A stretch of 64,000 nt of DNA from Longimicrobiales bacterium (GCA_965249725.1 OZ252251.1:64001-128000); one strand, 5' to 3'; positions 52,855 through 62,310 are shown, counted from the first letter of the stretch. Notes: a model not told the origin generated them from the letters alone. Program-made: numbers and translations.

Positions 52855-55800
52855 TTACGGATCCAGGGGCCGGGCGACCATGATGCCGTCCTGCCCTCCG
52901 ATGCGTTGAACGCGGTCCGCGAGAGGCAGCTCGCTCACCTCTACCGCCCCGTCCACAAGAGGAGCGTGGAGCAGATGCAGCTGCCCGTTCTTCCACAGGG
53001 CGATTCCGGTGTGAGCAACATCCAGTCCGGACACGGTACTCGTTGCGGCGATGACGTCTCCATCCTGGATCCGGTCAGCGACCTCGGCAATCCGGTCCTG
53101 GGGAACGTAGTGACGAGGCGTGCTGCTGAGTCGAGCCTCGATCTCCCGAAGGGCGGATAGGAACGCCGGATCCTCACCGAGTTGGCGGTAGGCGTCGGGA
53201 TGCGTGGTCATGAAGTCGATGGGCTCGTGGTCCGGGATACCTCCCAACTGGGGCGACAGGTGCCTTACCAACCCCCTGGCGTCCTTATCGCTGATCCACT
53301 CGCTGAAGTAGTGGAGCCGCGTGGGATACCCGTCGAGGCTCCCGTCTCGATAGCGGAGGTTCTGCAAGATGCCGGAGTAGTACGCCCGGTGCCGCACCGG
53401 GTCGTCGAGCATCGTCTCGGGAACGCTCCGGACGAAGCGGGCCAACGCAAGCGCGTTCTCGACGAACGTCACGCAGTCGAGCTCCTGGAGCTCGATGACT
53501 AGGCCCTCCTCCCCTTCGACTTCCAGCGTGTGGGGCGCATAAGGCGTTCCGACGAAACGCTCACCGATGCGAGCCACGATCTGGCCGATGGGCAGGGTGT
53601 CCAGTCCGTTCGCGTAGGCCCAGCGCGCCTGATCGCGCATGATGCCCCAGTCCTCCTCCGTGCCGGGGTGGGTGGTGGGACCCGGAGCCGTGACTCCAGC
53701 GGTCGTGCTCGGACCGACCGACTGATCCGTGGCGGATTCGGCGATCGAACCCACCGCTGCCTCGTCGTCCGACGCCGACCGGTCCGCCCTGCCGCACCCC
53801 GAGAGGCCCAGCCCGAGACACAGCAGCAGCCCGGCCACACCCGCCTCCCTGGCCCGCCGCAACGCCCGCCACACCCGCGGCGGACTGAACGGAAGCGAGT
53901 CCATCCGGACCCCCACCGCGTCATAGATCGCGTTGGCGATGGCGGGAATCGACGGATGGAGCGGCCCCTCCCCCGCCTCCTTGGCCCCGTACGGTCCTTC
54001 CGGATCGATCGACTCCACGATCAGCGACTCGAGCTCCGGCGTGTCGAGGCTCGTGGGGATCTTGTAGTCGAGGAGCGAGGGAGCATTATGCAGGCCGGCC
54101 CGTCCGTGGTCGGCGTCCTTGAAGATGTGCTCCTCCATGAGTGCCTCACCGAAGCCCATGTACGCGGAGCCCTCCATCTGACCCTCGACGAGTACGGGGT
54201 TGAGCGCCCGGCCGCAGTCATGTGCGACCCAGATCTTCCGCACGTCCACGAAGCCGGTCTCTACGTCCACGTCGACCTCTGCTACGTGGGCCGTGAACGA
54301 GTAGGCGGGTGACGCGCCGATCGTGCCGCCGCGGTACTCGCCGTGTACATCCTTGGGGGTGTTGTACGATCCCGTAGCGCCCAGCGCTCCGTACTTGGCC
54401 TCAGCCAGATTGAACGCCTCTCGGATGGGCATCTTCTGCTCGGTGTCTCCCGCGTAGAACGCCCAGCCTCCGGCGAGCAGCACCTCGCCCGACTTGCACT
54501 CCCAAGACTCGGCCACTGCGTTCTGCACGAGCTTCTTGAGCTTCCTGGCCCCGTCGATCGTGGCGTTGCCCAACATGAACGTCACCCGAGAAGAGTAGGC
54601 GCCCAGGTCCACCGGAGTGAAGTCGGTATCTCCCCGGTAGACCCTTACGTGTTCGAGAGGCACGCCCAGCTCTTCCGCCGCGATGTACGCCACCATCGAA
54701 TCGCAGCCCTGGCCGATCTCACTGGCCCCGCTGAACAGAGCCACCCGACCCGACCGGTCGATCTGGATCTGGATCGCGGACTGGGGCATCTCGTTGGGAT
54801 AGATCGGGTAGTTGGTGCCCGAGATGTACGTCGAGCCGGCCACGCCCAACCCTTGGCCGAAGGGCAGCTTTCCGTAGCGCTCCTTCCAGTCCGAAGCCCG
54901 CTCGACCGAATCCAGGCACTCCAGAAAGCCGTTCGACGTGACGCGGAGCTCGTTGACGGTCCGCGTATGCTCGCCGATGAAGTTCTTCCGTCGCAGCTCG
55001 ATCGGGTCCATCTCGAGCGCCCCCGCCATCTTGTCCAGCTGCACCTCGAACGCGAAGCGGGGCTGTACGGAACCGTGACCTCGCTTGGGTCCGCACGCCG
55101 GCTTGTTCGTGTAGACGCGCGTCGAGTCGAAGCGGTACGCGGGCATCTCATAGGGCGCGGTGAGGAGCTGGCCTGAGTAGTAGGTCGTGACCAGCCCGAA
55201 CGACGCATAGGCCCCTCCGTCCAGCACGATGTTCGCGTCCACGGACTGGAGCTTACCGTCCTTGGACGCGCCGGTGCGGTAATGCATGTGGAACGGATGG
55301 CGACCCCGGTGGGCGTAGAAGACCTCCTCGCGAGTGTAGAGGATCTTCACGGGCCGGCCGGTGATCATCGCAAGCTTCGCGACGCAGAACTCGAGGTCGA
55401 AGGGCTCGGACTTGCCGCCGAAGGCGCCCCCGACCAGGGGCTGAAGGACACGGACCTTGGCTGCGTCCACGTCGAGGACCCTCGCCAGTTCCCGGTGCAG
55501 GTAGTGCGGCACCTGAGTGGCCGACCACACGGTGAGCTTCCCATCGCCCTCGAAGTGCCCGATGGCGCAGTGGGGTTCGATGGGCGTGTGGGTGGTCCCC
55601 TCGAAGAAGTAGTCGTCCTCTACGACGACATCGGACGAGTCCATCAAGGCGTCGACCTCACCGAACTCCAACTTCACCTTCTTGGTGATGTTGCCGTTAT
55701 GCCCCTCCTTCTTGGGCTCGTGGATGAACGGGCCGTCGGACGCATCGAGGGACTGGTGCGGATCGAGATAGGCGGGAAGCTCCTCGTATTCCACCTTGAT

Positions 55801-56178
55801 CGCATCGAGCGCGCATAAGGCGGTGTCCTCGTCCACGGCCGCGACCGCCGCGACGCCGTCACCGATATACCGCACGCGCTCGACACACAGGGGCGACTCG
55901 TCGGGCGTCCAAGGGATGATGCCGTACTTCACCGGCATGTCCCGCCCCGTGATCACGGCCCGGACGCCCTCCATGGCCAACGCATCGCCCGCATCGATGG
56001 AGATGATCCGCGCGTGGGGGTGCGGGCTTCTGAGGATCTTCCCGTGCAGCATGCCCGGAAACGCTAGATCGTCCGTGTACACGGCCTGACCCGTCGACGT
56101 CGCCAGACCGTCGACCTTCCGTTGCGGTTTCCCTATTAACGTGAAGTCGGACTTCGACTTAGAAGAACGGAACGTCAT
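52855..56178 (-). CDS. Molybdopterin-binding large subunit (HcrA-like) fused to a lipoprotein signal and a DUF1460 amidase domain
   Basis: LRSPHPHA, GGAFGGK, PKRGHG, GQMEG, GAKEAGEG; then LLLCLGLGLSGC, LDCVTFVE, RLHYFSEW, GLDVAHTG, LLHA. Confidence 0.88.
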   Translation of the reverse strand: MTFRSSKSKSDFTLIGKPQRKVDGLATSTGQAVYTDDLAFPGMLHGKILRSPHPHARIISIDAGDALAMEGVRAVITGRDMPVKYGIIPWTPDESPLCVERVRYIGDGVAAVAAVDEDTALCALDAIKVEYEELPAYLDPHQSLDASDGPFIHEPKKEGHNGNITKKVKLEFGEVDALMDSSDVVVEDDYFFEGTTHTPIEPHCAIGHFEGDGKLTVWSATQVPHYLHRELARVLDVDAAKVRVLQPLVGGAFGGKSEPFDLEFCVAKLAMITGRPVKILYTREEVFYAHRGRHPFHMHYRTGASKDGKLQSVDANIVLDGGAYASFGLVTTYYSGQLLTAPYEMPAYRFDSTRVYTNKPACGPKRGHGSVQPRFAFEVQLDKMAGALEMDPIELRRKNFIGEHTRTVNELRVTSNGFLECLDSVERASDWKERYGKLPFGQGLGVAGSTYISGTNYPIYPNEMPQSAIQIQIDRSGRVALFSGASEIGQGCDSMVAYIAAEELGVPLEHVRVYRGDTDFTPVDLGAYSSRVTFMLGNATIDGARKLKKLVQNAVAESWECKSGEVLLAGGWAFYAGDTEQKMPIREAFNLAEAKYGALGATGSYNTPKDVHGEYRGGTIGASPAYSFTAHVAEVDVDVETGFVDVRKIWVAHDCGRALNPVLVEGQMEGSAYMGFGEALMEEHIFKDADHGRAGLHNAPSLLDYKIPTSLDTPELESLIVESIDPEGPYGAKEAGEGPLHPSIPAIANAIYDAVGVRMDSLPFSPPRVWRALRRAREAGVAGLLLCLGLGLSGCGRADRSASDDEAAVGSIAESATDQSVGPSTTAGVTAPGPTTHPGTEEDWGIMRDQARWAYANGLDTLPIGQIVARIGERFVGTPYAPHTLEVEGEEGLVIELQELDCVTFVENALALARFVRSVPETMLDDPVRHRAYYSGILQNLRYRDGSLDGYPTRLHYFSEWISDKDARGLVRHLSPQLGGIPDHEPIDFMTTHPDAYRQLGEDPAFLSALREIEARLSSTPRHYVPQDRIAEVADRIQDGDVIAATSTVSGLDVAHTGIALWKNGQLHLLHAPLVDGAVEVSELPLADRVQRIGGQDGIMVARPLDP

Positions 56179-56180
56179 CG

Positions 56181-56699
56181 CTAGAGGTCCCCCTCAGCGC
56201 TCGGGGCCGACGCACCGTTCGCGCCATTCAAGCGCTCCGCCGCCGCCTCGACGGCATCCAGTATCTTCGTGTATCCGGTGCACCGGCAGAGATTGCCCGC
56301 CAGGGCCTCTTTGACCTGTTCGCGGCTGGGCTCGGGCGTGCGCTCCAGAAGAGCCGCTGCCGAGCAGAGGATCCCCGGCGTACAGAAGCCGCACTGAGCC
56401 GCACCTTTCAGGTCGAACTCGTCCTGGAGCGGGTGCGGGCCCTCGGCAGTAGCAAGCCCCTCGACCGTGGTGACCTCACACCCCTCGGCCTCCCAGACCG
56501 GCGTGATGCACGCCAGCGTCGGCACCGAATCGATGAGGACCGTGCAAGCCCCGCAGTCGCCCTTGTCGCAGCCCTGCTTTGAGCCGGTCAGGCCCAGGGC
56601 GTAGCGGAGCGTCTCCAGCAACGTGAAGTGACTCGGGACGCCCCTAACATGGACGTCTCCGTTCACCTTCAGACGGACGATGTCGGTGCTGGTGGACAC
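56181..56699 (-). CDS. 2Fe-2S small subunit (HcrC/CoxS-like); start approximate
   Basis: GCDKGDCGACT, QCGFCTPG, NLCRCTGY. Confidence 0.92.
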   Translation of the reverse strand: MSTSTDIVRLKVNGDVHVRGVPSHFTLLETLRYALGLTGSKQGCDKGDCGACTVLIDSVPTLACITPVWEAEGCEVTTVEGLATAEGPHPLQDEFDLKGAAQCGFCTPGILCSAAALLERTPEPSREQVKEALAGNLCRCTGYTKILDAVEAAAERLNGANGASAPSAEGDL

Positions 56700-56889
56700 G
56701 CTGGACGCAGGCCCTCCTGGCGAGTTTGCCGTAGGAATCGACTCTACGGTGGGACGGGTAGTGCGGGGTTGCACGCACCGGACAAAGGTGACCTGTCGGG
56801 TATGGCCGAGCAAGCGGGAACACTTTCCTGAGAGTGAGGGGTATGCGAGGTCCGAGCCAGGAACCCGCCGTCCACAGGAGTCACAAAGA

Positions 56890-57306
56890 ATGCCCTATCC
56901 CGAGATGATGGTTGCGCCCATGCGCGAGGACTTTACGCGCGTCGGCTTCAAGGAGCTCAAGACGCCCGAAGAAGTAGACCAGGTTCTCAGCACCGAGAAG
57001 CGGACGACCGTCGTTGCCGTCAATTCGGTCTGCGGTTGTGCGGCCGGTGCGATGAGGCCGGCCGTCGTCCTCTCCCTGTCGCACGACAACGTTCCCGAGG
57101 TCCTCACCACGGTCTTCGCGGGTCAAGATCTCGAGGCGACGGACCGTGCGCGTGAGTACTTCACGGGCTACCCGCCGTCTTCACCCTCCGTCGCCTTGCT
57201 CAAGAACGGCGAAGTCGTGTACATGATGGAGCGCCACGAGATCGAGGGACGGCATCCGTACGAGATCGCCGAGAGTCTGAGGGCGGCGTACGACGAGCAC
57301 TGCTAG
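56890..57306 (+). CDS. Bacilliredoxin (BrxA/BrxB family)
   Basis: MPYPEMMVAPMRE, NSVCGCAAG, TVFAGQD, YPPSSPS; AGGAG SD. Confidence 0.92.
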   Translation: MPYPEMMVAPMREDFTRVGFKELKTPEEVDQVLSTEKRTTVVAVNSVCGCAAGAMRPAVVLSLSHDNVPEVLTTVFAGQDLEATDRAREYFTGYPPSSPSVALLKNGEVVYMMERHEIEGRHPYEIAESLRAAYDEHC

Positions 57307-57344
57307 CCGAAACCAGTAGGATCCGACAGAGGACGGCGGGTGGG

Positions 57345-57370
57345 GCCGCCGGGAGACGACTCCCGGCGGC
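57345..57370. terminator. Hairpin between convergent genes
   Basis: Perfect 11-bp stem GCCGCCGGGAG/CTCCCGGCGGC with 4-nt loop. Confidence 0.65.
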
Positions 57371-57392
57371 TTCGTCTATCCGGGAGGACTGA

Positions 57393-58088
57393 TCAGTCTT
57401 CCCTGGGCGGCGCCAACCTGGGTTGAAGCCCCTTCCGCTCCAGCTTCCGTCGCTTCTTGGCCTCCCTCGGAGTCTCCCCCGGGAGCCTCACCTCCACTCC
57501 GACACCCCCCATCATGGCGAACCCCTTGATGCGTAGCGTCGGGCGATCGGGACTGGTGTGGAGCGGCTGGTCGGTGTTGTGGTCGAAGCCGCCCATGAAG
57601 GCAAATCCACTCACCTCCACGTCCATCTCCGGAGGCACGATGATCTCGGCCCCGCCCATCAGGGTGAACACGTGCACTTCGGTGACGCCGGGACCGAGCA
57701 TGGCCTCACGGAAATCGAGGGAGAAGCCGCCCATGACTCCCACCGCGAAGTTGTTCCGCGCCGGAATCCAGCGCCCGGCCCGGCTGTTGCCGCCCATGAG
57801 GCTCACCATGTAGGCCCGTTCGGCCACCCGATCCGCTGGCACGACGACGGGAGCTCCGCCGCGGGCGGGAAGCACGGTGGAGGCGGTGGCGGGAAGATTC
57901 GTGGCCGGTAGGTCGACGAGGAGCTCGTTCAGCTCGGCCTCGGTGGCCGACTGGTTCGCAACGTCGAGGCGTCGCTCGAACTCCGACATCTCCAGCACGT
58001 CGTTCGCGAAATGCTCCATAAGGGTATCGACCGCACGCTGGCGCGCGACCTCGATCCCAACGGGTCGGACTCCCTTCCCGTCCGTCAT
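57393..58088 (-). CDS. DUF1707 (SHOCT-like) plus LiaF-like C-terminal domain protein
   Basis: RQRAVDTLMEHF..EFERRLD; repeated MGG motifs and LDFREA. Confidence 0.8.
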   Translation of the reverse strand: MTDGKGVRPVGIEVARQRAVDTLMEHFANDVLEMSEFERRLDVANQSATEAELNELLVDLPATNLPATASTVLPARGGAPVVVPADRVAERAYMVSLMGGNSRAGRWIPARNNFAVGVMGGFSLDFREAMLGPGVTEVHVFTLMGGAEIIVPPEMDVEVSGFAFMGGFDHNTDQPLHTSPDRPTLRIKGFAMMGGVGVEVRLPGETPREAKKRRKLERKGLQPRLAPPRED

Positions 58089-59278
58089 TCCCGAGCTCCG
58101 GCCATGAAGTCGCTCACGAACTGATGGAGCACATCGGCGCAGGCCGAGAGCTCCGATGCCTCGATCCATTCCTCGTCCGAGTGCGCCTGCCCGATGGAGC
58201 CCGGACCGAAGCACACAGCCGGCGTGCCTGCCTCATTGAGGAACGCCGCATCGACCCAGGCCGTCATCCCCTCGACGGAGGCCTCGACTCCCTGGACCGA
58301 ACAGGCCGCGATGAGGCCCTGTACGAGCGGGGAGTCCTCGGCAACCTCGGTCGCCGGACGGGTGAGTCCCTGGACCAACTCGGCGTCGAGCTCGGGAACC
58401 TCTCGGGCCAACCGATCCAGAACGGCCCCGAACTGCTCCATCACCTCGGCCGCCGTCTCCCCCGGTAGCGTCCGCCGCTCCAATACCAACTTGCAGTCGC
58501 TCGGGTACACGGAGGGCGCGGCACCACCACTTATGGTGCCTGCATGGAAAGACCCGTGCGCCAGAAGAGGATGCGGAGCCGCGGAGTTCAGCTTGGTCCT
58601 GAGCTCTCCCAGTCGCGTCAGGTAGCGCCCGGCGTGCTCGATGGCGTCGATGCCCGCCTCGGGCCTCGACCCGTGGGCCGCCCTGCCTCGGAAGAGCACG
58701 TCCACCCAAACGAACCCCTTGTGAGCCGGCATGATCGCGAGGCTCGTAGGCTCACAGACCACCGCTGCGTCGGCACGTACTCCCGATCGCACGACGGCGT
58801 CCATGCCCAGGCTCGCGTGCTCTTCGTCCGCGGTGAGCGCGACGATCAGGGCACCGGAAAGGGCGTCGCCCCTCGCCAATCTCGCGGTGGCGGCCAGGAG
58901 TGATGCCACCCCACCCTTCATGTCGCAGGAGCCCCGTCCCCACAACCGCCCGCCCCGCACCTCTGCCGCGAACGGTGGGACGGTCATTCCGGCCACGCCG
59001 ACGGTGTCGAGATGCCCGTTCAGGAGGACCGTGGGACCCGCATCGGGGTCGCCCAGCCGAGCCAGCACGTTCCACCTCCCGGGGGCCGCTTCGACAGTCT
59101 CCACCTCGAGCCCCCACTCGCGCAGCCACCCTGCCGCCAGATCGGCGATGGCCCCCTCGCCGGCGCCGCCCTCTTCGAGCACCGGGTTCACGGACGGGGT
59201 AGCGACGAGCGCCTGGGCGATCGCCAACGGGTCGCCCACCCCCGCCGCTTCCGAGTATGAACTCGAATCCAGCCTCAC
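58085..59278 (-). CDS. M20 family deacylase (ArgE/DapE-like)
   Basis: NGHLDTV, GRGSCDMKGG, DEE, CEPT, AAHGS, AHSDEE. Confidence 0.9.
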   Translation of the reverse strand: MRLDSSSYSEAAGVGDPLAIAQALVATPSVNPVLEEGGAGEGAIADLAAGWLREWGLEVETVEAAPGRWNVLARLGDPDAGPTVLLNGHLDTVGVAGMTVPPFAAEVRGGRLWGRGSCDMKGGVASLLAATARLARGDALSGALIVALTADEEHASLGMDAVVRSGVRADAAVVCEPTSLAIMPAHKGFVWVDVLFRGRAAHGSRPEAGIDAIEHAGRYLTRLGELRTKLNSAAPHPLLAHGSFHAGTISGGAAPSVYPSDCKLVLERRTLPGETAAEVMEQFGAVLDRLAREVPELDAELVQGLTRPATEVAEDSPLVQGLIAACSVQGVEASVEGMTAWVDAAFLNEAGTPAVCFGPGSIGQAHSDEEWIEASELSACADVLHQFVSDFMAGARE

Positions 59279-59310
59279 CGTTCCAGCCTCACCGTTCTAG
59301 CCTCACCGTA
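59269..59310 (-). repeat. 14-bp tandem repeat x3 including the GTG start of the M20 gene
   Basis: CCAGCCTCACCGTT x2 plus CTAGCCTCACCGTA. Confidence 0.85.
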
Positions 59311-59644
59311 TGGTCCCCCCCGTGTATCGAAGAGCTGTCGATCCGTCGATGCTACGTCCGCTGGGGCTCCGACCTTCGCAAGGGCCCGCCCTCGACGCCT
59401 CCAACAGACAGAAGCTACCGGCCTCCGAGAGAGTAGTGTAAGCCGCACCCCCGTGCCAACTCTTTTCAGCAACAGAGACGGATTTTCCGAGACTCCCCGC
59501 AAGTCGCCACCAGAATTCCGAAACGAATAAAGTGAAACGAATCGGGGAAGCGGGCGTATTCCACTGGTAGGCAAACACTTAAGGATGGCCGCTCGGCTTG
59601 GGGCCGCCAAGGCACGATTCCTGCCTTACGTGGGGACGAGTGCA

Positions 59645-59842
59645 ATGGACAACGACGTACGACAGGGGGGCATCATTCGTAAGGTGACGCTGGGAATCCT
59701 CGGGGCCGCTGCCGCGGTGACGAGTCTAGTGCTGATTCGTCAGACGAAGCTCGAGACTCCCAAGGAAGTCCTCGACGTACCAGCGGGTGAGACCGTTCCG
59801 GGGAACATCTCCCTGGAGCGACTTCGCGAGCTCGGTATCTAA
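59645..59842 (+). CDS. Small single-TM hypothetical protein
   Basis: 65 aa with one hydrophobic helix, followed by a terminator. Confidence 0.55.
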   Translation: MDNDVRQGGIIRKVTLGILGAAAAVTSLVLIRQTKLETPKEVLDVPAGETVPGNISLERLRELGI

Positions 59843-59903
59843 GAACTCGCTTCCGGAATTCTCGCTCCGGTCGGGAAGGATCCTGACCAGGGGGCGTGAA
59901 GAA

Positions 59904-59940
59904 ACGGAGGGCGCATTCGCGTCTCTCCGTCTTTTTTTTT
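59904..59940 (+). terminator. Rho-independent terminator
   Basis: ACGGAG..CTCCGT stem followed by T9. Confidence 0.75.
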
Positions 59941-59966
59941 CGAACTACTCGTCGGACTCGTTCAAG

Positions 59967-60203
59967 CTACTTGTCGAAGTGCGTCACGTTCTTCTCGATG
60001 TAGCTCGTCCACTCCGGAGGAACGTCGGTGTCCGGGAAGATTGCGGTCACAGGACACTCTGGCTCGCACGCACCGCAGTCGATGCATTCGTCCGGATGTA
60101 TGTAGTACATGTCCTCACCCTCGTAGATACAGTCGACGGGACATACCTCTACACAGCTCGCGTCTTTTGTCTCGATGCAAGGTTCGGCAATGATGTAGGT
60201 CAT
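59967..60203 (-). CDS. 7Fe-type ferredoxin (FdxA-like)
   Basis: [31 protein letters not shown]. Confidence 0.93.
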   Translation of the reverse strand: MTYIIAEPCIETKDASCVEVCPVDCIYEGEDMYYIHPDECIDCGACEPECPVTAIFPDTDVPPEWTSYIEKNVTHFDK

Positions 60204-60306
60204 GGGTCGCCGTCTGTCTTGGCTGAAATGTGGACCTGTATCCAAGGGGTCCGGCCTGAAGCTGGCCCTGGGAGACCCATCACTTAGGCAAGAAAGGCGG
60301 GGGGCG

Positions 60307-60915
60307 TCAAGTAGCGTATTTCTGGCTGAAAGTACGGCAGCAGTGCGTGTACCTGCGCCCAAGCAGAGGGTGGGTGCGCTCGGCCAACCCGAGGTACACC
60401 GCCGAGCCCTCGATATGGGCGGCGCGGGCCGCGTCGAGATCTCCCCAGAGATGGGCGTGACGCAGATGGTCGAGACGCTCGGCCAGTGCGACGAGCACCA
60501 CCTGAGGCTCGCATGCCAGAAGGTCTTCGAGAAGGCGCTCGGACCCGGGCCTCGGCACGCTCTCCTTGAACCCGGCTACCTCACGCCCAACCCGCTGCCC
60601 GACCCGGTCCAGCACGTCCCCTCGGCGAGGTTCGAGTGCGGGCCGCTGCGTGTCCACCAGGCAGGACGCCGCCAGTGCAACGGGCTCGTTGAGGCCAACA
60701 TCGTCCAGGAGGATCACGGCCGTCCGGCCGGAATGCAGGTAGTCCGGATGATGGTCGTCCGAGATGGCCTCCAGCCGCGGGACCATGGACGCCCGAAAGC
60801 CCTGCTCGATCAGGGTCCGCCCCACCTCATCGACACCGTGCTTCAGGGCGGTGCGATCGATGCGGTCCAACATGCGCTCCCAGCGCGTCGGCACCGCGGG
60901 CGCCACTTCGCTCAC
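60307..60915 (-). CDS. Degenerate HD-domain-like protein (RelA/SpoT hydrolase-like fold)
   Basis: [31 protein letters not shown] parallel the RSH/Mesh1 HD motifs but lack the HD dyad. Confidence 0.55.
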   Translation of the reverse strand: MSEVAPAVPTRWERMLDRIDRTALKHGVDEVGRTLIEQGFRASMVPRLEAISDDHHPDYLHSGRTAVILLDDVGLNEPVALAASCLVDTQRPALEPRRGDVLDRVGQRVGREVAGFKESVPRPGSERLLEDLLACEPQVVLVALAERLDHLRHAHLWGDLDAARAAHIEGSAVYLGLAERTHPLLGRRYTHCCRTFSQKYAT

Positions 60916-61754
60916 CCCTCACCCAGGTGCTTGGCGAAGTGCCGGACCGTCGCGTCGACGGCCTCGGAGAGCTGCGGGCTCGCGGCCTGGAAGGGGTGGC
61001 CAACCTCGAAGGTGTGACCGCTCTTCTCGACGAGGAGGAGCTTGGCCCTCCCGGAGACTCGGACGAGCTCCCGCGCCTCGGACTCGGCCACCGTCAGGTC
61101 GTGCCGCCCGTGGACGACGAGCCAGGGAGCTTCGACTTCGCTCGCAGCGTCGAGGACCTAGAGTTCGGACGCGTTCGCCTCGAAGTCCTCCAGGAGCGAC
61201 ACGTCGAGCGGCATCTGTTGACCCGTCCGGGTGTTCAGAATATGAACTCGCCCCGAGTCCCTCCACTCCTCCCTCGTCTCCTCCGTCCAGCGGTCATAAC
61301 GAGCCACCGCGGCCCACGTTACGAGCGCATCGACGTGAGGGTCACTTCGGGCGTGAAGGATGGCGGCTCCTCCACCCCGGCTGTGCCCAATGAGGCCGAT
61401 TCGTTCCGGGCGCCGAGAGACGAACTCCCCGCCCCTCACCGCTTCGACCAACCAGCGCAGATCATCCAGCTCCCGGCTGTAGGTATTGGCAGCGAAGCGC
61501 TCGAGCTCACTGAAGGAGTCGAGGTCGTCGCCCACTCCGTTCCGGGAGAAGTTGAAGGAAACGACCGTATGCCCAGCGATAGCGAGTTGCTCACACAGGT
61601 GCGGAAAGAAGCCCCAGTCCTTGTAGCCCTTGAACCCGTGGACGACCACCACCGCTGTCCGGGGCGCAGGGCCCTCGGCATAGCGGACGTCTCCTCGAAT
61701 GATCTCGCCTTCGTCGAGGTGTGGCGCGAGAGCCTCGAATCGGCGGTGGATCAC
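60912..61754 (-). pseudogene. Alpha/beta hydrolase interrupted by an in-frame TAG at 61158-61160
   Basis: HGFKG and GHSRGG before the stop; same frame continues VLDAA..VVHGRHD..GHTF to TGA at 60912. Confidence 0.85.
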
Positions 61755-61755
61755 G

Positions 61756-62310
61756 TCAGTCCTTGATCCACCGGACGTCGGACTCTTCTCCGCGGAGGTT
61801 CTCCAGGCGGGCCCACGTAAAGAACAGATCAGAGAGTCGGTTCAGGTACTGGACTACCCCCGGCTCCACCTCTTCCGACCCGGCGAGCGCCACCACCGCT
61901 CGCTCGGCCCTGCGGCAAACCGTGCGACAGACGTGCAGGAGCGCCGCTCCTCGAGTGCCGCCCGGTAGGATGAAGTCCCGGAGTTCCTCGAGCTCGGCGG
62001 TGGCCTGATCGATCCACTCTTCCATCTCGGCGATACGGGCCGTCGGAACGTCGGGCCTGTCGGGCTCTGGACGAGTCCCATCCGGACGGGCCGTGGCCAG
62101 TATCGCACCCAGGGCGAAGAGATCGTGCTGAATCGCCTGCAGACCTTGCTGAACCCCTTCGTCCAACACGGTCGCCCCAGCCAGGCCTACGAACGAGTTG
62201 AGTTCGTCGACGGTCCCATAGGCCTCCACCCTGGGATGGCTCTTGGGCACACGACCTCCGCCGAACAGTCCGGTGTCCCCGTCGTCTCCCGTCTTGGTGT
62301 AGATCTTCAC
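61756..62310 (-). CDS. pduO: Cob(I)alamin adenosyltransferase (PduO-type)
   Basis: KIYTKTGDDG.T, YGTVDELNS, FILPGG, RRAER, YLNRLSD. Confidence 0.93.
   Translation of the reverse strand: MKIYTKTGDDGDTGLFGGGRVPKSHPRVEAYGTVDELNSFVGLAGATVLDEGVQQGLQAIQHDLFALGAILATARPDGTRPEPDRPDVPTARIAEMEEWIDQATAELEELRDFILPGGTRGAALLHVCRTVCRRAERAVVALAGSEEVEPGVVQYLNRLSDLFFTWARLENLRGEESDVRWIKD

Noticed and set aside
59444..59460. Sigma-54-like promoter TGGCAC..TGC on the minus strand
   Set aside because: GG-to-GC spacing is 9 nt rather than the required 10; only valid if the G-run is miscalled.
59311..59644. Possible riboswitch or ncRNA in the long intergenic region (contains GGCAAAC)
   Set aside because: No complete consensus for c-di-GMP or another family could be built by eye; an Infernal/Rfam scan would be needed.
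61158..61160. Pyrrolysine or genome-wide amber recoding
   Set aside because: TAG is the normal stop of many genes in this window, and no pyl genes are present.
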